A DNA stretch of 64,000 bases from Candidatus Gastranaerophilales bacterium (GTDB lineage: Bacteria; Cyanobacteriota; Vampirovibrionia; Gastranaerophilales; JAILCC01). Shown here piece by piece: positions 58,701 to 64,000 of the stretch. The stretch is from assembly GCA_045598245.1 (NCBI GenBank), contig JAZLLQ010000029.1:50128-114127 (forward strand). The letters run 5' to 3'. The notes beneath the pieces were generated by a model. The model saw nothing but the letters and a program-made list of their open reading frames with translations, did not search any database and was not told the DNA's origin. Numbering within the stretch: position 1 is the first letter of the stretch; each line of letters starts with the position of its first letter. The position numbers and the translations under genes are program-made.

Positions 58701-59560
58701 TATTTGAAAGACAAAAAACAGGTGATATCGTTCAAGGTCTTCCGAGAGTTGAAGAACTTCTTGAAGCAAGAAAACCGAAAGATAATGCTATTCTTGCTGA
58801 AGAAGACGGAACGGTTGAAATTCAATATGATGAAGGTATGCCAAGATTGTTCTTTGAAACTGAAAACGGCAAAACTGAAATCAAATATGCTGTTGATGCA
58901 AGTATCGTTGTTACCGATAAACAAAAGGTTAAGAAGGGTCAACCTTTGACAAGCGGTCCTCTTAATCCGCACGATATTATCAGATTAAACGGTGCAGAAG
59001 CTGTTCAACAGTATTTGGTTGATGAAGTTCAAAGAGTTTACCGTTCACAAGGTGTTGATATTGCAGATAAACACATCGAAGTTATCGTCAGACAAATGAC
59101 TCGTAAAGTTAAAGTCGATGATGCAGGTGATACACAACTCCTTCCGGGTGAACTTGCAGAAGCTCATTCAGTTCAAATTGAAAATGAAAAAGCTATTCAA
59201 GACGGCTTAAATGTGGCTACATATAGTCCTGTATTATTAGGTATTACAAAAGCAAGTTTGAATACCGAAAGTTTCATCTCGGCTGCTTCATTCCAAGAAA
59301 CAACAAGAATCTTGACAGAAGTTGCGATAGAAGGAAAGAAAGACTTGTTAAGAGGTTTGAAAGAAAACGTAATTATCGGTCGATTAATTCCTGCAGGTAC
59401 AGGCTACTATCACTTGCAAAATGCTTCAGAAGAAAAAGAAGAGCAAGCAAGAAAAGCTGCAAGAGCCAATATGAGAAAACCATCAGCTATCTTAGAAGAA
59501 ATCGAAGGTATGTTTGGCGCTCAAGATATGCAAATGGTTGACGAAGAAGACGAAATCTAG
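55703..59560 (+). CDS. rpoC2: DNA-directed RNA polymerase subunit beta' (C-terminal part) with a large trigger-loop insertion
   Basis: Bridge helix, trigger-loop halves MRTFHTGGVF (56717-56746) and GDIVQGLPRVEELLEAR (from 58721), separated by ~655 aa. Confidence 0.93.
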   Translation: METLLSGKQKKRMPFINTVVNKKGLNNLLSQVYLEFGGSKTATLANALKNLGFRYATKSGTTISIYDLDVPAVKKDLLKSAQDEIEKSTARFLKGEITEVERYTKVIDTWSETTAKLTNAVVENFDKTNSVYMMAFSGARGNLSQVSQLVGMRGLMADAQGKIIDLPIKSNFREGLSVTEYIISSYGARKGLVDTALKTADSGYLTRRLVDVAQDVVIREADCGTTNGIEMTAISDGEKIVVPLEERLLGRTLAQPIEVDGEVVIPADKILDRDDVKKVVEYKVEKALVRSPLTCELEYGVCQKCYGWSLTTNKPVDIGEAIGIIAAQSIGEPGTQLTMRTFHTGGVFKGSASMRHIDAPADGKIVSKIPTREQRTRHGDIVLVATKATELKFEDKKGKTHSLKIPYGSLMYFNEGDEVKRGTTIAAYEPVSGQGDGARLTEKATKDITSDLSGEIVFDGFSVDEKRDRQGNISRTSNKGGTIWVLSGDVYNLPGGSKILVDDAKEVKSGDVLAETITISEHGGEVRIGSDLVVEESGSKSNKVKKIISGKELTIVIASIVPENATFETNKKESIWTVKNKKSEERYIIKSPADIVVENGMIIAELLDEENRVTTSGEIRYDGIEVDDNQIITTPGKVIFIPEEVQQINKDANLRMVDNGTYVKAGTEIVKDIYAHIDGIVEFKEFNDMIHEIIIRPGEMFTIDSLNDLYVEEGEVIEAGQEVAKGIKAKVKSIVLAVTNESDDNSIEIDDEDLEMEEETELPDKNIDIILRPIQEFEIGPRDVAINFASTDEQISIVPVTQLQYRDGSRVRNVEGASLTRTSLVLQMQGYLNHLKGLVEMDEANNNLKIVVLENLIIRRETENLTSSIGALQTELLVENGQYIEPKTPVSKTQVLAVNDGVVKTQKKEDARRLLVISGKNVQTFPVKGALKVKEGDLVKTDQVVTDKEETSPISGQILKGKKGELVIRAGRPCLISPGTQLLVEANGLVLRGDLLATLIFERQKTGDIVQGLPRVEELLEARKPKDNAILAEEDGTVEIQYDEGMPRLFFETENGKTEIKYAVDASIVVTDKQKVKKGQPLTSGPLNPHDIIRLNGAEAVQQYLVDEVQRVYRSQGVDIADKHIEVIVRQMTRKVKVDDAGDTQLLPGELAEAHSVQIENEKAIQDGLNVATYSPVLLGITKASLNTESFISAASFQETTRILTEVAIEGKKDLLRGLKENVIIGRLIPAGTGYYHLQNASEEKEEQARKAARANMRKPSAILEEIEGMFGAQDMQMVDEEDEI

Positions 59561-59580
59561 TTGATTTTGTAATAAATATA

Positions 59581-59616
59581 AAAGAGGTTTTGATTTTATC
59601 AAGACCTCTTTTTTTA
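59581..59616 (+). terminator. rho-independent terminator of the rpo operon
   Basis: 11-bp stem AGAGGTTTTGA/TCAAGACCTCT followed by T8. Confidence 0.85.
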
Positions 59617-59681
59617 TATTTTCTTAAAAAATCTTAAAATTTAGGAACAAAAAATTTTTTTTATATATAATAATAAATGTA

Positions 59682-59939
59682 TTGACGAGGATTATGAGAA
59701 GGCAGGTAGGCATGGAAGGTGTAAAATTCCACTCTATTAGTGTTGAACGTGGCGGATATAAGCAAACAATAAGCAGAAATAAACAGGGTGCATTATATTT
59801 TACGGGAACATCCACAAATTCAAATGTTTCCGGATTAGAATACAGAAGTATGTCTTTGGAAGAAGCTAAAAGTAAACTTTTTGAAATGATTACAGGTTTA
59901 ACCGAAAAAGATTTATTAAAAGTCGATTATAAAATATAG
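59682..59939 (+). CDS. hypothetical small protein (75-85 aa; start uncertain)
   Basis: ORF bracketed by two terminators. Candidate starts are TTG 59682, ATG 59694 and ATG 59712. No recognisable domain. Confidence 0.4.
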   Translation: MTRIMRRQVGMEGVKFHSISVERGGYKQTISRNKQGALYFTGTSTNSNVSGLEYRSMSLEEAKSKLFEMITGLTEKDLLKVDYKI

Positions 59940-59965
59940 TAATTTTGTAATAATTATATAAGATT

Positions 59966-60017
59966 AAAATCAGGTAAGAATAGCTAAAAAACAGTTATAC
60001 TGCCTGATTTTATTTTT
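59966..60017 (+). terminator. probable terminator
   Basis: AAAATCAGG (59966-59974) pairs with CCTGATTTT (60003-60011), followed by a T-rich tract. The loop is large (28 nt). Confidence 0.5.
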
Positions 60018-60089
60018 AGTATTTACATACTTTTATTATATTAAAATATGTGCTAATCTAACTTTATAGATAAAATAGGAAGAGAGAAT

Positions 60090-62321
60090 ATGAAAGATTA
60101 TAACGGAAAAAATGCAAGCTGCGAGCTGGAAAAAGAACTTTTTGAGCAGGTCGAAAGCAGTACGCCTGCATATATAAAAGATAATAAACTTTTTGATATT
60201 TCTAATGATAACGAGTTTATATTTACATTAAAAAAAGAACATTTATATCCTTATGATAAAGATACTAATCCGGAAGGATTGAATTTAAAAGACTGGTTTG
60301 CTAACTATGAAAAAGAAGCAAGAGTTTCAACAGCCGGTATTAGAGGTCCTCAGAATGTTTTGTATCCTCATGATACAAGGTTTCCCATTAATACCATTGG
60401 TATTATGCTTGCAACCTTAGCTAAAGCTCTTGTATTAAGAGAAAAATACGGAGATAAGGAAATTCGTAAAGTTCTTGGTCGAGAAGTAAGATATAATTCA
60501 GAAAGTTTTATGAAAATTATCTCAAGAATACAGGCCGCACAGGGAATAAAAACACTTGTTTCCAAAGATTTTAAAACTATTCCTATTTGGCTTGCTTCAT
60601 TTTTGGCATTTAAACTTGACTTAGCCGGCGGCGAATTTATTACTTCAAGCCATGGTATCAGTGTTAAAAACGCAACAAAAGATTTGAATAATCAGGGTAG
60701 TCAATATTTGCCGGAAGAATCAATGGAATTTGTTGAAAAAATAAGAAAGATTTTTGAAATTGCAGAAAATGAAGGTCAATACGAAATTAAGTTTTCAAAT
60801 TCCGATAATGTTTTAATTGATACTGATGAAATGGAAAAAATTAATGACGGCGTTGATTTGTATGCGGACTATTTAAAAGATGGTGTTGCTAATCAAACAA
60901 ATATTGATTTAATTAAAAATATTGAAAATAAAATTTATATTGAAAGTGTCGGTGGCAGCGCATATAGAACTTTAAGCAGAATTTTAAACATTCTTGATAT
61001 AAATGAGTCTTTTAAATGGCTTCATACGGAAGAAGATCCTTTCTTTCATTCAATAGGAAAGGCGAAATTTGACCCGAAAGGTAACAGGACTTTTTATGAT
61101 TATTCGGTTGATGCTGCCGTTATGATTAAAAATCAAGATGGTACGGTAAAAATGCCCGTTATTGAAACATTGAGTTATGACAAGACATTAACCGATGCCC
61201 CAATTGGTTCTGTTATTTTGATAACTGACCCCGACCATGACAGATTAACTATTTCGCAAATTGAAAGTTGCGAAAATATTGATAAACTAAATGCAGCCGG
61301 TATAGATTTTGTAAAATTAAATGATGACAGGATTTTGTGTGTATATACCGCAAATCAGGCATTTTTAATGATTATGGATTTTTGGGCAAAAGGCTTAAAA
61401 ATGAGCGGAGTTTGGAATAACCACCCGAGATTTATAATCAAAACTACCGCTTCTGCACTTTCTTGGGATGAATGGGCTAATAATAATAATGTTAAAACAG
61501 TTAATGTTCCTGTCGGTTTTAAAGAAATTGCAAATATTTTGAAAAAAGCCGAAAAACAAATTGCCGAAAATAAAGAAGTTGTTATTAATGATGTATTTGG
61601 TAACGATATTTTCTTAGGCAAAGAACCGAGATTGGTATTTGCAGGTGAAGAATCAGGCGGAATGATTATAGGTGCCGAAAAACTTATTGAGAGTCAAAAC
61701 GGCAGAAAAGCACTTGCCATGAGAGAAAAAAGTGCTACAGAAGCTATTTTGGTTGCATCAGCTTTGGTTGCAGACCTTGAAAAATCAGGCAAATTCCTTT
61801 CTGATTATTTAAAAGAAGTATTCTTGAATAACAGAATTAACGGAAAATTTGATGTAAGAAAAGATATAAGTTACTATAATGAAAGCGAAAGTGATATTGA
61901 GAAATTGAAACTTGCTAAAAAAGAAGGCGAAGGTCTTAGGACAAAAAATGATTTATTCTATTTGACTTTGGCTTTGGCAAAAAGAGAAAATCTGATTTCA
62001 CTTGATAATATTAAAGAAATTTTCACGGAAGTTTTCCCTGATTTGAATTTCTCAGATTTGAATGATGTAAAATTCGTAGGTGACGGTACGTATTTAGAAT
62101 TTGCGGATAAGTATGTTGAAATTCGTCCTTCAGGCACGGATGCAAAGACGAAAGCATACAGTGCCGGCTTGAACAAAGCAAAAATCCTTGAATTTGCAAG
62201 TACTTTGGGAATGTATAACGGTGATTTGACCGATACTTACAAAAAGTATGTTTCCATTGATTATTATAATAATGCAAAAGCTCATGCTGCCGAAATTTAT
62301 GACAAATGGGCAATGGCATAA
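60090..62321 (+). CDS. divergent, unusually long alpha-D-phosphohexomutase-superfamily protein
   Basis: Four family motifs are recognisable: ITSSHG (phosphoserine loop), TDPDHDR (metal loop), GEESGG (sugar loop) and RPSGTDAKTKAY (phosphate loop). 743 aa. Confidence 0.75.
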   Translation: MKDYNGKNASCELEKELFEQVESSTPAYIKDNKLFDISNDNEFIFTLKKEHLYPYDKDTNPEGLNLKDWFANYEKEARVSTAGIRGPQNVLYPHDTRFPINTIGIMLATLAKALVLREKYGDKEIRKVLGREVRYNSESFMKIISRIQAAQGIKTLVSKDFKTIPIWLASFLAFKLDLAGGEFITSSHGISVKNATKDLNNQGSQYLPEESMEFVEKIRKIFEIAENEGQYEIKFSNSDNVLIDTDEMEKINDGVDLYADYLKDGVANQTNIDLIKNIENKIYIESVGGSAYRTLSRILNILDINESFKWLHTEEDPFFHSIGKAKFDPKGNRTFYDYSVDAAVMIKNQDGTVKMPVIETLSYDKTLTDAPIGSVILITDPDHDRLTISQIESCENIDKLNAAGIDFVKLNDDRILCVYTANQAFLMIMDFWAKGLKMSGVWNNHPRFIIKTTASALSWDEWANNNNVKTVNVPVGFKEIANILKKAEKQIAENKEVVINDVFGNDIFLGKEPRLVFAGEESGGMIIGAEKLIESQNGRKALAMREKSATEAILVASALVADLEKSGKFLSDYLKEVFLNNRINGKFDVRKDISYYNESESDIEKLKLAKKEGEGLRTKNDLFYLTLALAKRENLISLDNIKEIFTEVFPDLNFSDLNDVKFVGDGTYLEFADKYVEIRPSGTDAKTKAYSAGLNKAKILEFASTLGMYNGDLTDTYKKYVSIDYYNNAKAHAAEIYDKWAMA

Positions 62322-62330
62322 GGAGGCAAA

Positions 62331-63443
62331 ATGGACATAAAAGAAACACCTTTACATCAAAGACATATTGATTTGAATGCAAAAATGCATGAGTTTGCAG
62401 GTTGGGATATGCCTATTCAGTATAAAAGCATTTTGGAAGAACACAAATGTGTCAGAACGCAAGTCGGACTTTTTGATGTTTCTCACATGGGTGAAGTTTT
62501 TTTGGAAGGCGAAGATGCCGTTGAACTTTTGCAAATGCTTGTTCCTCAAGATGTCTATACTCTTGAAAATAAACAAATAATGTATTCACAGTTAACTAAC
62601 AAGCAAGGCGGTATTATTGATGATTTATTAATTTACAAGTATGAGGATGAAAAATATTTTATCGTAATTAATGCATCAAGAGTCAATGAAGATATAGCTT
62701 GGATAAAAGAAAATATTAAAGCAGAAAGGTTTAATGTAAAACTTTATGATATTACGGATGATTATTCATTGTTAGCTTTACAGGGACCTAATGCTGCCGA
62801 TTTAATGGATAAAATTGGTATTAAAAAGGATGTTCAGCCGAGATATTATTGCTTTGATGAATATGAACTTTTAAATACCGATGTTATGATTTCGAGAACA
62901 GGTTATACAGGCGAAGACGGTTTTGAAATCATGATAAAAAATGAATTTGCCGTTGAGTTATGGGATATGCTTCTTAAAGAAGGTGAAGAATTCGGAATAA
63001 TGCCTGTCGGTTTGGGTGCAAGAGATACATTAAGGCTTGAAGCGGCAATGTTATTATACGGACAGGATATGAATGAAGAAACAACACCGATACAAGCAAC
63101 TTTGGGGTGGTCAGTCGCAAAGAATAAAACACATTTTTATAATGGTAAAGAAGTTATAAAACAACAATTAGAAGTCAGACCTGATAAAAAAATCGTAGGT
63201 TTCATAATGCAAGATAGAGCAATAGCTCGACATGGTTATGAAATTTATGATGGGGAAAAATTAATAGGAACAGTAACAAGCGGCGGAGTTTCTCCTACAT
63301 TGGGTGTTAATATAGGACTTGCATATATTGATAGTTCTTATACAATAAATGATGATATCTCTATTAAAATCAGAGATAAGTTTTACACAGCAAAAATTGT
63401 AAAACGTCCGTTTGTAGAAAAAGTAAATAAAATAGTTAGATAG
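62331..63443 (+). CDS. gcvT: glycine cleavage system aminomethyltransferase T
   Basis: LFDVSHMGE and RTGYTGEDGFEI motifs. Confidence 0.93.
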   Translation: MDIKETPLHQRHIDLNAKMHEFAGWDMPIQYKSILEEHKCVRTQVGLFDVSHMGEVFLEGEDAVELLQMLVPQDVYTLENKQIMYSQLTNKQGGIIDDLLIYKYEDEKYFIVINASRVNEDIAWIKENIKAERFNVKLYDITDDYSLLALQGPNAADLMDKIGIKKDVQPRYYCFDEYELLNTDVMISRTGYTGEDGFEIMIKNEFAVELWDMLLKEGEEFGIMPVGLGARDTLRLEAAMLLYGQDMNEETTPIQATLGWSVAKNKTHFYNGKEVIKQQLEVRPDKKIVGFIMQDRAIARHGYEIYDGEKLIGTVTSGGVSPTLGVNIGLAYIDSSYTINDDISIKIRDKFYTAKIVKRPFVEKVNKIVR

Positions 63444-63453
63444 GAGTTAGAAT

Positions 63454-63837
63454 ATGAATTTTGAAGTACCTGAAAATACGTTATGCAGTAAAACTCACGA
63501 ATGTATATATAAAGATGGCGATGATTATGTTATTTCAATTACCGATTTTGCTGTTGAACAGTTAGGTGATGTAGTTTTCGTTGAGTTGCCCGAAGTTGGC
63601 AGTGAATATACTCAAGGTGAAGGTTTTGGTACAATTGAATCAGTTAAAGCTGCTTCCGAGATTTATGCACCTGTTTCTTTTAAAGTTAAAGAAATTAATG
63701 AAGATGTTATTTCTCAGCCTGAATTGCTTAATAATAATCCTTATCAGGAAGGCTGGTTAGTTAAAGTTGAACTAACAGATAGTTCTGAATTGGATACATT
63801 AACAGAATATGAAGATTATAAGAGTGAATTGAACTAA
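63454..63837 (+). CDS. gcvH: glycine cleavage system H protein
   Basis: Lipoyl-lysine motif ESVKAAS. 127 aa. Confidence 0.93.
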   Translation: MNFEVPENTLCSKTHECIYKDGDDYVISITDFAVEQLGDVVFVELPEVGSEYTQGEGFGTIESVKAASEIYAPVSFKVKEINEDVISQPELLNNNPYQEGWLVKVELTDSSELDTLTEYEDYKSELN

Positions 63838-64000
63838 TGCAAAATAAATTTCTTTTACATAATGATGAAGTCCGTGAAAAAATGCTTTCTGAAATTGGTT
63901 TAACAGATATTGATGACCTTTTTAAGAACATTGACAGCAGTATAAGGTTAAGGGAAGAATTGGACCTTCCAAAAGGCTTAAATGAAATTGAAGTAAGGCA
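63837..64000 (+). CDS. gcvPA: glycine dehydrogenase (decarboxylating) subunit 1, 5' fragment truncated by the window end
   Basis: ATG overlaps the gcvH stop (TAATG). MQNKFLLHNDEVREKMLSEIGLTDIDDLF resembles the GcvPA N-terminus. Not in the ORF track because no stop lies within the window. Confidence 0.7.
   Translation, partial: MQNKFLLHNDEVREKMLSEIGLTDIDDLFKNIDSSIRLREELDLPKGLNEIEVR

Noticed and set aside
59940-60089. Looked for a glycine riboswitch upstream of the gcv genes, a His leader/T-box upstream of hisA-IE (36330-36631), and a TPP riboswitch upstream of thiL (32356-32466)
   Set aside because: None of the conserved cores is present (GGAGAG...CACCG...GGGCAA for glycine; CTGAGA...ACCTGATCTGGATAATGCCAGCG for TPP; T-box AGAGA/GGGTGGTACCGCG). 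The spacers contain only AT-rich promoter-like sequence.
62023-62382. 119-aa minus-strand ORF across the phosphohexomutase/gcvT junction
   Set aside because: It overlaps two well-supported + strand genes and has no RBS.
1-64000. Searched for tRNA, rRNA, tmRNA, RNase P, SRP RNA, CRISPR arrays, IS elements/transposases, integrases, phage genes, toxin-antitoxin pairs and known defence-system genes
   Set aside because: None found. All gaps over 100 bp were read by eye. Only the elements at 17675-17870 and 31105-31365 look structured, and neither matches conserved cores of the housekeeping RNAs (for example GAGGAAAGTCC of RNase P, GGAAGCAGCC of SRP, or GTTCGAATC-type T-loops). A covariance-model scan is still needed to be sure.

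Overview
AT-rich (roughly one-third G+C by eye, not computed), gene-dense chromosomal segment from a diderm bacterium. It is almost entirely housekeeping and envelope genes. The strongest lineage marker is rplJ-rplL-rpoB followed by a split rpoC: rpoC1 carries NADFDGD, and rpoC2 carries a ~655-aa insertion in the trigger loop. That is the cyanobacterial/plastid RNA polymerase architecture. With the low GC and absence of photosynthesis genes, I infer a non-photosynthetic Cyanobacteriota relative (Vampirovibrionia/Melainabacteria-like); this is inference, not proof.

Content in order:
- Cobalamin riboswitch, then a TonB-dependent receptor and a BtuCDF-like importer.
- dcw block B: murF-mraY-murD-ftsW-murG.
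- RND efflux operon (adaptor, pump, TolC-like).
- MlaE-MlaF-MlaD(long)-LpxK operon.
- Minus-strand cluster XRE, TPR, DnaJ-like, QueE, followed by an unusual zinc-ribbon/RGG-repeat/tandem-HTH-like protein.
- dcw block A: DUF1858 protein, rsmH, ftsL-like, ftsI, murE.
- thiL, an HExxH membrane protein, hisD, and a fused hisA-hisIE.
- Several unknown genes, then a PfkB kinase, csaB, a tagA-family gene and split transketolase.
- A lipoprotein M20 peptidase and a TolC-adaptor-ATPase-permease (MacAB/DevBCA-like) operon.
- The ribosomal/RNA polymerase block, a divergent phosphohexomutase, and gcvT-gcvH-gcvPA (truncated at the window end).

I found no rRNA, tRNA, CRISPR array, transposase, integrase or recognisable defence/toxin system. 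No clear novel multi-gene system is evident. The most unusual items are:
- the zinc-ribbon/RGG protein with 57-bp tandem DNA repeats;
- a GC-rich structured inverted-repeat element at about 17.7 kb;
- an HExxH protein with a bilobed hydrophobic segment;
- a long-tailed MCE protein;
- a HisA-HisI-HisE fusion;
- a rearranged dcw cluster with a DUF1858 gene in the mraZ position.
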